The notes under the pieces are model-generated. The model made no database searches. It saw nothing but the letters and a program-made list of their open reading frames with translations, and was not told the origin of the DNA. From positions 165,449 through 229,448 of the forward strand of contig MFDN01000001.1 of assembly GCA_001776935.1 (NCBI GenBank): a DNA stretch of 64,000 nucleotides, in the 5' to 3' direction. The position numbers and the translations under genes were made by a program. This document shows positions 9,600 through 19,440 of the stretch, piece after piece; the first letter of the stretch is position 1; each line of letters starts with the position of its first letter. Source of the DNA: Candidatus Daviesbacteria bacterium RIFCSPLOWO2_01_FULL_39_23 (GTDB taxonomy: Bacteria > Patescibacteriota > Microgenomatia > Daviesbacterales > UBA10151).

Positions 9600-10743
9600 A
9601 AAAATTTGTTTTATTACCGGTTCCAGAGCTGAGTATGGATTACTTAAACCCATAATGGAGGAAATAAGAAAAGGCGAGTTTGAACTAAAGCTGATTGTTA
9701 CAGGTATGCATTTAAGTCCGCAATTCGGAATGACCATAGATGATATTTATAGAGATGGATTTAAGGCAGATATTAAAGTTGAGATGACGCCAAAGACCGA
9801 TAGTCAGGAAGCTATGGCAGAATCAGTAGGTGTAGGTATTATCGGGCTTACTAAGGCATTGGGGAATATTAAGCCTGATTTGGTATTGATACTGGGTGAT
9901 CGGGTTGAAGTTTTAGCCGGAGCAATTGCTTCATCTTATTCGAACATCCCTGTTGCGCATATCCATGGAGGCGATAGCGCAAAAGCAGGTTTGGATGAAA
10001 ATACCAGGCATGCGATTACCAAAATATCTCATATTCATTTTCCGGCCAGCAAAATAAGCGCTGAAAGGATTCTCAGAATGGGAGAAGAAAATTGGCGCAT
10101 TCATGTTATCGGGGCTCCGGGTTTGGATGATATTTCAGCGGGAAAGTTTACCTCTAAAGATGTTCTTATGAAGAAATATCAGTTGGATCAGGAAAGGCCG
10201 ATTATTATGTTGGTGCAGCATCCGGTGACTACTCAGGTGGATCAGGCTTCTGCGCAAATTATAAATACTCTTGAGGCTGTTGTTAGTTTTGGATATCAGA
10301 CTATAATTATCTACCCAAACTCGGATGCAGGAAGCAGGAATATTATCACTATAATTGAAGAGTATTTAAGGAAGTATTCTTTCCTGAAAGGCTACAAGAG
10401 TATTTCCCGGCCTGATTATCTGGGTTTGCTAAGTATTGTGAGTGTTTTAGTAGGTAATTCAAGCAGTGGGATAATTGAATCGTCTTCATTCCAGTTGCCT
10501 GTAGTTGATATCGGAATCAGACAGGAAGGTAGGGAGCAGTCCTTGAATATAATACATGCAGATCACGAGGCTTTGGCAATAGAAGAGAGCATTAGCAAGT
10601 CTTTGTCTGATAGAGCATTTTTAGAAAAAGTAAAACTTTGCAAAAATCCTTACTGGTATGGGGGAGCGGGGAAGAAGGTTGCGCGGGTCTTATCAGATCT
10701 TGAAATAAATGATAAACTTTTACAAAAGAAAATAACTTATTAA
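9589..10743 (+). CDS. neuC: hydrolysing NDP-sugar 2-epimerase (NeuC/LegG)
   Basis: TGSRAEYG, TGMHLS, LGDRVE, HIHGGD, RHAITK, HPVT, GNSSSGIIE, GIRQEGRE. Confidence 0.93.
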   Translation: MMNKKICFITGSRAEYGLLKPIMEEIRKGEFELKLIVTGMHLSPQFGMTIDDIYRDGFKADIKVEMTPKTDSQEAMAESVGVGIIGLTKALGNIKPDLVLILGDRVEVLAGAIASSYSNIPVAHIHGGDSAKAGLDENTRHAITKISHIHFPASKISAERILRMGEENWRIHVIGAPGLDDISAGKFTSKDVLMKKYQLDQERPIIMLVQHPVTTQVDQASAQIINTLEAVVSFGYQTIIIYPNSDAGSRNIITIIEEYLRKYSFLKGYKSISRPDYLGLLSIVSVLVGNSSSGIIESSSFQLPVVDIGIRQEGREQSLNIIHADHEALAIEESISKSLSDRAFLEKVKLCKNPYWYGGAGKKVARVLSDLEINDKLLQKKITY

Positions 10744-10744
10744 T

Positions 10745-11401
10745 ATGAATAAGAAAATTTTAGTGATAGCTCCTCATCCTGATGATGAGGTATTGGGATG
10801 CGGGGGAATAATAAAAAAATATTCTCAAAACGGCGATGAAGTATTCCTTGCGGTGTTGACCAAACCTTATGAACCTGACTGGACAAAAGATTATATTAAG
10901 GATAAGCTGATTCAGACAAAGAAGTCAAATATGACTCTGGGAATTAAAAAGACATATAGTTTAGGCTTTCCTACAGTAAAATTAGATACCATACCTCAAA
11001 AAAAGATCAACGATGAATTACATCAAGTGGTGGCTGAAGTGAAGCCGCAAATAGTTTTCATTCCTTTTTATGGTGATTTGAATAAAGATCATAGAATAAC
11101 CTGTGAAAGTTCACTGGTTGCAACCCGGCCTTTGACAGGCTCCGCTATAAAGAAAATTCTTTGTTACGAAATATTGTCAGAGACTGAGTGGGGGATTGAG
11201 CCTTTTAAGCCCAATGTATATGTTGATATTAGTGATAATTTTATTATAAAGAAAAAGGCTATGGAGGAGTATAAAAGCGAGCTTAAGAAATTTCCCCATC
11301 CAAGATCTTTGGAAGCGCTTGAGGCGCTGGCAAAAAAAAGAGGGTCTGAGGCAGGTTTGACATATGCGGAAGCTTTTATGCTTATAAGGGAGATATTATA
11401 G
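10745..11401 (+). CDS. PIG-L/LmbE family N-deacetylase
   Basis: IAPHPDDEVLG, DLNKDH, YEILSETEW, HPRS, AEAF. Confidence 0.9.
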   Translation: MNKKILVIAPHPDDEVLGCGGIIKKYSQNGDEVFLAVLTKPYEPDWTKDYIKDKLIQTKKSNMTLGIKKTYSLGFPTVKLDTIPQKKINDELHQVVAEVKPQIVFIPFYGDLNKDHRITCESSLVATRPLTGSAIKKILCYEILSETEWGIEPFKPNVYVDISDNFIIKKKAMEEYKSELKKFPHPRSLEALEALAKKRGSEAGLTYAEAFMLIREIL

Positions 11402-11402
11402 C

Positions 11403-11816
11403 ATGCAGGGTGCAGGTAAAATACGGGTTAACTTTCAAAATTGGGAAAAGCCTGTCTTTGATAAAAATGGTTTAACTAAGTGGCACTGGGTATGTCAATA
11501 TAATGAAAATCTAATCCTGGGGGAATATACTGACGTAGGAGCGTTTACTTATATAAATGCAAGTTTTGGTGTAATCATAGAAGATCATGCGCAAATAGGT
11601 TCACATTGTAGTATCTATTCTCAATCCACAATTGATGATAAAAAAGGGAAAGTGATTATAAAAAAAGGAGCCAGAATCGGTACGCATTCTACAATTATGC
11701 CCGGTGTGACTGTTGGGGAAAACGCTGTAGTCGGGGCGTACAGCTTTATTAAGGATGATATCCCGGATAACTCCTTAGCGTATGGTATTCCTGCAAAGGT
11801 TGTAAAAAAGATATGA
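11403..11816 (+). CDS. hexapeptide-repeat acyltransferase
   Basis: Left-handed beta-helix repeats IGSHCSI, IGTHSTIMPGVTVGENAVVGA; GIPAKVVK. Confidence 0.85.
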   Translation: MQGAGKIRVNFQNWEKPVFDKNGLTKWHWVCQYNENLILGEYTDVGAFTYINASFGVIIEDHAQIGSHCSIYSQSTIDDKKGKVIIKKGARIGTHSTIMPGVTVGENAVVGAYSFIKDDIPDNSLAYGIPAKVVKKI

Positions 11817-12916
11817 AAATCCAAATTGCCAAGCCTAATATTGATCAGGATGATATTGATGGTGTGATTGAAGTTTTAAAATCAGGCTGGCTTTCGCTCG
11901 GGCCCAAATATAAACAATTTGAGCAGGATTTTGCAAAATATGTCGGATCAAAATATGCCCTCGCCGTTTCAAACGGCACAACAGCCCTCCATTTGGGAGT
12001 AAAAAGTCTTAATTTAAAAGCGGGAGATGAGGTGATTACCTCGCCTTTTTCCTTTGTGTCATCTTCCAACTGTTTACTTTATGAGGGCGTGAAGCCTGTG
12101 TTCTCAGATATTGAGGAAACTACTTTTAATATTGATCCATTTCTTATTGAAAAGTCTATTACTAAAAAGACTAAAGCCATTTTACCTGTACATATATTCG
12201 GGCAGCCTGCGCAAACGGATGAAATTATGAAAATTGCCAAAGAATATAACTTAAAAGTTTTAGAGGATGCATGTGAGAGCCTGGGGGCAACATTTAAAGG
12301 TAAAATGGCAGGAACTGCGGGAGATATCGGCACTTTTGCTTTTTATCCTAATAAGCAAATGACAACAGGAGAGGGTGGGATGCTGGTAACTGATTCTGAA
12401 AAAATATATGATTTGTGCGACAGCATGAGGAATCAGGGGAGAAGTAAAAACGGCGATTGGTTAATACATGAAAGAGTTGGCTATAATTACCGGATGGATG
12501 AAATGAGTGCGTCGCTTGGGATAACACAACTAAAAAAAATAAACCTGATGATTGAGGAAAAAAGAAGGATTGTTGCCTTATATAATGAAGCGTTAAAAGA
12601 TATAGAGGGTGTGGAAATTCCCAGGGTAGGCCCGGACAGAACGCATTCGTGGTTTGTTTATGTTATAAGAGTAAAGAAGGGAAAGAGAAATAAGTTAATG
12701 AATGAATTAGGGAAAGACGGGATTCAGACAAAGCCGTATTTGCCGGTGATACACCTTCAACCTTTTATGAGAAAAATGTTTAATTTTAAAGTTGGTGATT
12801 TTCCTGTTTCTGAGAATGTTTCCAGAGAGACACTTGCTTTGCCTTTGTATATCGGACTAGAAGCAAAAGATGTAGAATATATAGTTTGGAAGATAGAGGA
12901 TGCATTAAATGGATGA
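11813..12916 (+). CDS. DegT/DnrJ/EryC1/StrS PLP aminotransferase (LegC/PglE-like)
   Basis: SNGTTALH, PVHIFG, EDACESLG, FYPNKQMTTGEGG (PLP Lys), GYNYRM. Confidence 0.92.
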   Translation: MKIQIAKPNIDQDDIDGVIEVLKSGWLSLGPKYKQFEQDFAKYVGSKYALAVSNGTTALHLGVKSLNLKAGDEVITSPFSFVSSSNCLLYEGVKPVFSDIEETTFNIDPFLIEKSITKKTKAILPVHIFGQPAQTDEIMKIAKEYNLKVLEDACESLGATFKGKMAGTAGDIGTFAFYPNKQMTTGEGGMLVTDSEKIYDLCDSMRNQGRSKNGDWLIHERVGYNYRMDEMSASLGITQLKKINLMIEEKRRIVALYNEALKDIEGVEIPRVGPDRTHSWFVYVIRVKKGKRNKLMNELGKDGIQTKPYLPVIHLQPFMRKMFNFKVGDFPVSENVSRETLALPLYIGLEAKDVEYIVWKIEDALNG

Positions 12917-13916
12917 ATTTAAAAAGATGTTTAAAAATAAAAGAATCCTGGTAACCGGCGGGACCGGATCCATAGGCAGTGAAATAGTAAGACAGCTTTT
13001 AAAATATAAACCGAGACAAATCCGTATTTATTCAAGAGGGGAAAACAAGCAATATCTTTTGCAGCGGGAATTAGGAGAACATGAGAATAATTTAAAAATC
13101 CTGCGTTTTTTAATTGGGGATGTCAGGGATAAAGACAGGCTTAATAGAGCTTTTAACGGTATTGATATAGTTTTTCATGCAGCTGCTTTAAAACATGTCC
13201 CTTTTTGTGAGGATAACCCATTTGAAGCAACTAAAACTAATGTATACGGAACTCAAAATGTTTTGGATTTGGCGATAGATCATCACGTAGAAAAAGTTAT
13301 TGCAGTATCTTCCGACAAGGCAGTTTATCCCAATACTTTTATGGGTATCAGCAAGCTGATGATGGAAAGACTGGTTGTTGCCGCCTCCAATTATTCCGGT
13401 GCACCGGAGATCAAATTTGCTGTTGTTCGTTTTGGAAACGTAATAAATTCAAGAGGTTCAGTGATACCGCTTTGGATAGATCAGATTAAAAAAGGTAAGC
13501 CTCTGACAGTAACAGATATAAGGATGGAAAGGTATTTTATGGGTATACAGGATGCTGTCCGTTTAGTATTTATGGTAGCTTCTGTCATGTTAGGGAATGA
13601 AATATTTGTTTTAAAGATGCCCAAATATAATATTCATGACTTAGCCAAAGAAGTTATAAAAAGGTTTGGAAAAGACAATAACCATCAAATAAAAGTTATA
13701 GGTATCAGAGAAAGAGAAAAGATAAATGAGAAGCTGTATACGGATGATGAGCAGGAATTAATGATTGATGTCGGACCGTTTAACATAATTTTGCCAACCC
13801 GGCAGTTGTATCGCAAGAGACAATCAAGCTATGAAGAGTTTAAAAATACCGTAAACTTAAATCCTTTAGAAATTTCAGATATTTTATCTTCGCTTGAAGA
13901 TTTAAAGCCTTCCTAA
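12909..13916 (+). CDS. UDP-GlcNAc 4,6-dehydratase family (polysaccharide biosynthesis protein 2; LegB/PseB/CapD-like)
   Basis: TGGTGSIG, GDVRD, FHAAALKHVP, SSDKAV, VRFGNVINSRGSVIP, GIREREKINE. Confidence 0.9.
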   Translation: MDEFKKMFKNKRILVTGGTGSIGSEIVRQLLKYKPRQIRIYSRGENKQYLLQRELGEHENNLKILRFLIGDVRDKDRLNRAFNGIDIVFHAAALKHVPFCEDNPFEATKTNVYGTQNVLDLAIDHHVEKVIAVSSDKAVYPNTFMGISKLMMERLVVAASNYSGAPEIKFAVVRFGNVINSRGSVIPLWIDQIKKGKPLTVTDIRMERYFMGIQDAVRLVFMVASVMLGNEIFVLKMPKYNIHDLAKEVIKRFGKDNNHQIKVIGIREREKINEKLYTDDEQELMIDVGPFNIILPTRQLYRKRQSSYEEFKNTVNLNPLEISDILSSLEDLKPS

Positions 13917-14016
13917 ATTCTCTACCATAGAAAGCACGTATTTTATAATTTTCCCTGCATTAATTCAATAAAAGCATCTGGTAGCTCCAGAGCTTATGTT
14001 ATGATAATCATAAATT

Positions 14017-14946
14017 ATGAGTAAGATAATTGTTACGGGAGGCGCAGGGTTTATCGGGTCGCATTTGGTTGATGAACTTGTTAATTTAGGCCATCAGGTT
14101 ATTGTAATTGATGATTTTTCAACGGGAAATATAGAGAGGCTTAATAACAGTAAAAGCAAAATCAAAATATTGCGCCAAAGTTTAAATCAGGAAGCCGCTC
14201 TTCTAAAGAAAATACCGGCCATTTTGGAAGATACGGAATTTATTTTTCACTTAGCGGCGTTGCCCCGCATAGAAAGATCAATTGTTGATCCATTGGGAAC
14301 TCACGATGCAAATGTAAACGGCACTTTGGTGGCCCTGGAGCTTTCCAAAAGATTGAAAGCGAAAAGATTTATTTTTGTTTCAAGCTCTTCCGTATATGGA
14401 AATCAGGAAAAACTTCCTTTAACAGAAGATCTTATTCCAAATCCGCAAAACCCCTATGCTTTGCATAAACTTTTAGGAGAGCATTACTGCAGGCTTTATG
14501 CACAGTTGTATAAAATGCCGGTTATTGTCTTCCGGTTATTTAATGTGTACGGACCTGGTATGTTTTCCAAAGGGTCGTATAAGTTAGTTTTCACCAAATG
14601 GCTGGAACAAATTGAAAGTAATATTCCTCTGACAATTTTTGGTTCAGGAAAACAGACAAGGGATTTTACTTATATTGCGGACTCTATTGATGGGTTAGTC
14701 AGAGGAATAAAACTTGATGATAAAAAAATCTTCGAAATTATTAATTTAGGTTACGGAAGACAAATAGAAGTTAATTATTTGGCAAAACTTTTTAATCACC
14801 CGACTCAGTATTTGCCGGAAAGAGGCTACGAAGAAAAATTTAAACAGGCGGATATACGTAAAGCTAAAAATATACTGGGCTGGGAACCAAAAATATCAAT
14901 AGAAAAAGGTGTAAAGATGCTATTAAAGGATTATCTAAACCATTGA
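14017..14946 (+). CDS. NAD-dependent epimerase/dehydratase (extended SDR)
   Basis: TGGAGFIGSH, HLAA, SSSSVYG, YALHK, RLFNVYGP, GKQTRDF. Confidence 0.9.
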   Translation: MSKIIVTGGAGFIGSHLVDELVNLGHQVIVIDDFSTGNIERLNNSKSKIKILRQSLNQEAALLKKIPAILEDTEFIFHLAALPRIERSIVDPLGTHDANVNGTLVALELSKRLKAKRFIFVSSSSVYGNQEKLPLTEDLIPNPQNPYALHKLLGEHYCRLYAQLYKMPVIVFRLFNVYGPGMFSKGSYKLVFTKWLEQIESNIPLTIFGSGKQTRDFTYIADSIDGLVRGIKLDDKKIFEIINLGYGRQIEVNYLAKLFNHPTQYLPERGYEEKFKQADIRKAKNILGWEPKISIEKGVKMLLKDYLNH

Positions 14947-16781
14947 TTTAACCATCCGCTGAACATAACCATCATCCAAATAAGTTTAGAGTTATCTTGT
15001 TTTCTCATCTTATGATTTTGCCAACACTCTGAAATCTTGCTTTTATCAAAATAATCAAAAATCCTTTTATTTTGTAAGTGTTCAGTTACAAGTTCTTCCA
15101 GATCGCCGGTTATCCATTTAGCAAGGGGAATACCAAATCCCTTTTTTGGTCTATTAAAAATTTCAGGCGGGAATTTATCTCTTAGAAGAGCCCTTAAAAC
15201 TCTTTTGGTTTCAACTATATTCACGTGAGAATTTAGGCTATAAGCATTTTCTATGAGTTCATTATCCAAAAAAGGAACTCTTACTTCTAAGGAGTTATAC
15301 ATAGATGCTCTATCTACTTTTACCAGCAGATCATCTTTAAGGTAAGTTTCAAAATCCAAAAGCTGCATTTGTGTGGTTAATTTTTTTGTATTTGACTCGA
15401 TTCTTTTTATAAGGTTTTTCAGAAAATCTGATTCAAAAGGTTCTGTTTCAGTACTAAATAACTTGTTATTTAATAACTTATGATTATAATTTTTTAAGGA
15501 CATCCAAAGAAGATGTCTTTTAAACGGGGGATAATGCATTCCTTTAATAAACTCTTTCAAAATCTCAGTCTTTGGATAGTTTTTAGAAGATACAGGTAAA
15601 ACATTAAGAAGGTTTAACAGGTGTTTAGCAGCAGTATTAGGAACTATTTTTTTAAGTTGTTCAGCGTATAAGTGTCCCTGATAAGTGGGATATCCTCCAA
15701 ACAGTTCATCTCCCCCGTCTCCGCTTAAAACCACTTTTACAAATTTACTGGCCAAAGCGCAAACTTTATAGGTTGGGAGAAGTGAAGGGTCCGCCAGGGG
15801 TTCATCTAACTTTTTTGTAATATTTGGAAAAAGATTTAATACATCTTTGGAGTTAAAGGTTTCAAAATGATGTTTTGTGCCTAATTGTTTCGCAACAGCG
15901 TTTGCGTATAAGGACTCATCAAAACTTTTTTCTTCGAAATTTATTGAAAAAGTATTTATCCCCTTTTTAATATTTTTTGTTAAATAATAGGCAACCAGAC
16001 TGGAATCAATCCCCCCGCTTAAAAGAATCCCTATTGGTACATCAGAGATTGAATGGGTCATGACAGCTTTCTCCAGTAAAGAGTCTATATTTTTACCTAT
16101 ATGAATTTTATCTGATTTCAATTCGTAATAGGTGTTTAGTTGCTTTCCTTTTTTGGAAAATATTAAATTTTGCCCAGGTAGCAATTTATGAATATTTTCA
16201 AATATTGTTGATTCTCCGAAAATATAGCCCAGTGAAGAATAAGTTTTTAAAGCTTGAAGATTTATGATTTTTTTCACTTGAGGATGAATTAAAATTGTTT
16301 TTAATTCAGAGCCGAAAAGTAAAAGATTGCCTTTTTGTAAGTAGTAAAGAGGTTTGATGCCTGAAGGATCTCTTGAGATAAAAATTAAATTTTTCTTTTT
16401 ATCCCAAATTGCAAAAGCAAACATACCTTTTAAATATTTGGGCATCTCAAAACCGTAAGCTTTGTAAGCATGTATTAATACTTCAGTATCGGATTTGGTT
16501 TTAAATTTATGACCTTTTTCCTTAAGAGACTGTTTAAGTTCCAAAAAATTGTAAATTTCTCCGTTAAAAACAACAGTTATTGTTTTGTCGCTGTTTTGCA
16601 TTGGCTGATTTCCTGTTTTTAGATCAATAATGCTAAGTCTTTGAATGCCTAAAGCAACATTTTCTTCAATATAGATACCTGTTTGATCAGGTCCCCGATA
16701 GGCAATTTCCTGAAGCATTTTTGCAACAAGATGTTTTTGAGGCTGATGATTGTAGTCTACATATCCTGCTATGCCGCACAT
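14931..16781 (-). CDS. asnB: asparagine synthase (glutamine-hydrolysing) family; probable glycan amidotransferase (WbpS-like)
   Basis: N-terminal MCGIAG, RGPD, RLSIID, FNGEIYN, LSGGIDSS, SGDGGDELFGGY, EVRVPFLD, RPKKGF. Confidence 0.93.
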   Translation of the reverse strand: MCGIAGYVDYNHQPQKHLVAKMLQEIAYRGPDQTGIYIEENVALGIQRLSIIDLKTGNQPMQNSDKTITVVFNGEIYNFLELKQSLKEKGHKFKTKSDTEVLIHAYKAYGFEMPKYLKGMFAFAIWDKKKNLIFISRDPSGIKPLYYLQKGNLLLFGSELKTILIHPQVKKIINLQALKTYSSLGYIFGESTIFENIHKLLPGQNLIFSKKGKQLNTYYELKSDKIHIGKNIDSLLEKAVMTHSISDVPIGILLSGGIDSSLVAYYLTKNIKKGINTFSINFEEKSFDESLYANAVAKQLGTKHHFETFNSKDVLNLFPNITKKLDEPLADPSLLPTYKVCALASKFVKVVLSGDGGDELFGGYPTYQGHLYAEQLKKIVPNTAAKHLLNLLNVLPVSSKNYPKTEILKEFIKGMHYPPFKRHLLWMSLKNYNHKLLNNKLFSTETEPFESDFLKNLIKRIESNTKKLTTQMQLLDFETYLKDDLLVKVDRASMYNSLEVRVPFLDNELIENAYSLNSHVNIVETKRVLRALLRDKFPPEIFNRPKKGFGIPLAKWITGDLEELVTEHLQNKRIFDYFDKSKISECWQNHKMRKQDNSKLIWMMVMFSGWLNQWFR

Positions 16782-16783
16782 AT

Positions 16784-17740
16784 TTAGAAGTTATTAACTT
16801 TCTTTATCTCATAAATAGTTTTATTACGTGTTTCAAAGTAAGTTCTGATCAGAAGTTCCGCAATAAGCCCCATTAACAGAAACTGGATTCCCAAAAGCAT
16901 CAAAAAACTGGCAATCAGAAATAGGGGATTTCTGTGGACATACACTCCCTGAACGAATTTGTCGTAGCCTACGACGGCGAGGAGTATAACTCCTAAAATA
17001 TTACTAAGTATTCCAATTGTGCCAAAGACATAGGCTGGCTTTGTACCGTATGAATTTAAGAATTTTACAGTAATGACATCTATTATCAGCTTAATTATTC
17101 TTGAATAACCGTATTTTGACTTTCCTGCTAAACGATTCCGGTGATTTACAACAATTTCTAAAGTTTTTGCTCCCCTCCAGTATAAAATCAGGGGGAGAAT
17201 GCGGTGAGATTCGCCGTATAGCCTTAATCCGCTCAGTGCATCCTTTCTGATTAATTTCAAAGAGCAGCCAAGATCGTGAAAGGGAATATTAAATATTTTT
17301 TGTATCAGGTAGTTTGCGGATTTCGAGAGAAAACTTCTTAATAAATTATCTCTTCTTTCTTTGCGCCATCCTATGACAATATCGAAACCATCGTTTATTT
17401 TTTGAAGCATTAATAGTATGTCATTCGGGTCGTTTTGCAGGTCTGCATCTATAAGACAGATGAATTCTCCTTTTGCCTGATCAATTCCGGCGCTGGTGGC
17501 AGCTGTTTGTCCAAAATTCCTTCGTAAGGAAACAAGCCTTGTTAATATTTTCTCGTTTGCCTTGTTAACAATACCTGCCAAGACATTTTCTGATTGATCT
17601 AAGCTGCCATCGTTAACATAGATTACTTCACAATTTAATTTTGTTTGAGCAAGAGTAGACAATAGCTCCTGATGCAGCTTAGGAAGATTGTCTTTTTCGT
17701 TATAAAACGGAACGATGATAGATAAGTCTACATTTTTCAT
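16784..17740 (-). CDS. GT2 polyprenyl-phosphate glycosyltransferase (ArnC/GtrB-like)
   Basis: VPFYNE, VNDGSLD, RNFGQTAA, DADLQNDP, two C-terminal TM helices. Confidence 0.9.
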   Translation of the reverse strand: MKNVDLSIIVPFYNEKDNLPKLHQELLSTLAQTKLNCEVIYVNDGSLDQSENVLAGIVNKANEKILTRLVSLRRNFGQTAATSAGIDQAKGEFICLIDADLQNDPNDILLMLQKINDGFDIVIGWRKERRDNLLRSFLSKSANYLIQKIFNIPFHDLGCSLKLIRKDALSGLRLYGESHRILPLILYWRGAKTLEIVVNHRNRLAGKSKYGYSRIIKLIIDVITVKFLNSYGTKPAYVFGTIGILSNILGVILLAVVGYDKFVQGVYVHRNPLFLIASFLMLLGIQFLLMGLIAELLIRTYFETRNKTIYEIKKVNNF

Positions 17741-17869
17741 TTTGAAGATAATTTACAGAATAGGGTTCTGATGCAGTTTAACATATAATTCATTTAATGT
17801 TAAAGATATTTAAATTTTTCTTAAAGTAGATAATCGGCAATTGCTCAGCTATACTTAGTACTACTTAAG

Positions 17870-19381
17870 ATGATTAATTCTGAAAAGTTAAAAGAAAAAG
17901 TTATTAAAGGAAGTTCAACAGTATTAATACTGGCTTTTTTGGGGTCTGTTTGTGCGTATTTGATCAGAATTTTACTTTCCCACAGTTTGACGATAGAAAA
18001 TTACGGATTATTTTATGCTACTTTCGGTCTTTTCAGCATGGCCACAGTTTATGCAGATTTGGGTTTTGGATATTCGGTAGTTTATCTTCTGCCAAAATTT
18101 ATAAAGTCAAAAAAATACTCTAAAGCCTGGAATATCTTTATATATGGTCAGTTAATTTCTCTTACTATGTCTTTATTTATTTCAATTGTTTTAATTATTT
18201 TTGCACCGATGCTGGCAAAATACTATTTTAAAGTAGCAGGGTCCGAAATTCTGATTTATATTTTTTGCGCATACTTGGTTACTTTTACCGCTATCAACAG
18301 CCTGATTCAAATCTTTAGCGGGATGCAAAAAGAAAAATACTATTCTTCAATTACTACCGCCAGATGGCTTTTTAGTTTAGTTTTTTCTGTCGTTTTTTTG
18401 GCGTTCGGATTTTCTAACATTATTTTCTTCGCTGTAGCCTGGGTTTTAGGACACGCATTAACAGTAATCCTTTTCCTTTTTCTATTATTTAAAAAACATA
18501 CATTTTTAACCGGTAATAAAATTACCTGGGAGAGCAAAGTTTTTAGACAGATGTCATTGTTGGCAATTCCGGCGCTTATGGAGACTTTTGTATTTTCTTT
18601 GGCAGTAACGACTGATACATTTCTCTTAACATTTATTAGAGGGGTAAGAGAAGTAGGTTTCTATAATGTTATTTATCCTTTGGCGTCAATTCCGATCGTA
18701 TTATTTAATCCGGTTAATGCTCTTTTACTGCCACTGGTTTCGCATTTGATGGAGGGAGAAAAGGGGAAGATGTCATACTTAATCTATAAAATTTTAGAAA
18801 TAGTTCCCTTTGTAGGATTGTACTTTGTTTTATTTATCATTATGTTTCCCTCATCCATCATTAGCTTAATGTTTGGGCAAAAATGGTTAGGGTCGGTAGA
18901 GATGCCTTTAATTATCCTCTCTTTGGGATCCATATTAGTGCTTATGTCAGGTATATTGGGGGCAATAACATTGGGTACGGGAAAAGTTAAGGAGAAGCTA
19001 AAAGTTGCTGCAATAACATCAATAGTAAGTATTGCTCTTAATGTATTTTTAATTTGGCATTATGGTGTGATGGGAGCTGTTATCACAACCAGCGTGATTA
19101 ATTTAATGCTAAATATTCTATTTTTAAGGATTATTGGAAAAGCTGTAGTATTTCAAATACCATACCGGTTATATTTGAAACTTTTAGTTTTTTCAATTGC
19201 TTGTTATATTTTTATACAATTATTAGGAGTTAATCCCCAAAGCTGGGTTGAATTTATCATTATAGGAATGATTTATACTCTGGTTTTTGTTTCCTTTGGA
19301 CTTTTTCTTAAGGTTTATGACAAAAAATTAATTTATATGATTTTGCCCGGAAGAATGGCTAACAATGCAAATATAAAATGA
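17870..19381 (+). CDS. wzx: Wzx-type oligosaccharide flippase (MOP superfamily)
   Basis: Many hydrophobic helices; ENYGLF, ADLG, DTFLL..EVGFY, YGVMGA patterns. Confidence 0.85.
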   Translation: MINSEKLKEKVIKGSSTVLILAFLGSVCAYLIRILLSHSLTIENYGLFYATFGLFSMATVYADLGFGYSVVYLLPKFIKSKKYSKAWNIFIYGQLISLTMSLFISIVLIIFAPMLAKYYFKVAGSEILIYIFCAYLVTFTAINSLIQIFSGMQKEKYYSSITTARWLFSLVFSVVFLAFGFSNIIFFAVAWVLGHALTVILFLFLLFKKHTFLTGNKITWESKVFRQMSLLAIPALMETFVFSLAVTTDTFLLTFIRGVREVGFYNVIYPLASIPIVLFNPVNALLLPLVSHLMEGEKGKMSYLIYKILEIVPFVGLYFVLFIIMFPSSIISLMFGQKWLGSVEMPLIILSLGSILVLMSGILGAITLGTGKVKEKLKVAAITSIVSIALNVFLIWHYGVMGAVITTSVINLMLNILFLRIIGKAVVFQIPYRLYLKLLVFSIACYIFIQLLGVNPQSWVEFIIIGMIYTLVFVSFGLFLKVYDKKLIYMILPGRMANNANIK

Positions 19382-19440
19382 TAAGTTGATTGTTAAGGAT
19401 TTAGTTATAATTTTCAGCAGAAAACTCTGTTTTCTTAAAG

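Noticed and set aside
14931-16781. Housekeeping asparagine synthesis
   Set aside because: Coupled to a GT2 within a glycan locus; glycan amidation is more likely, though not proven.
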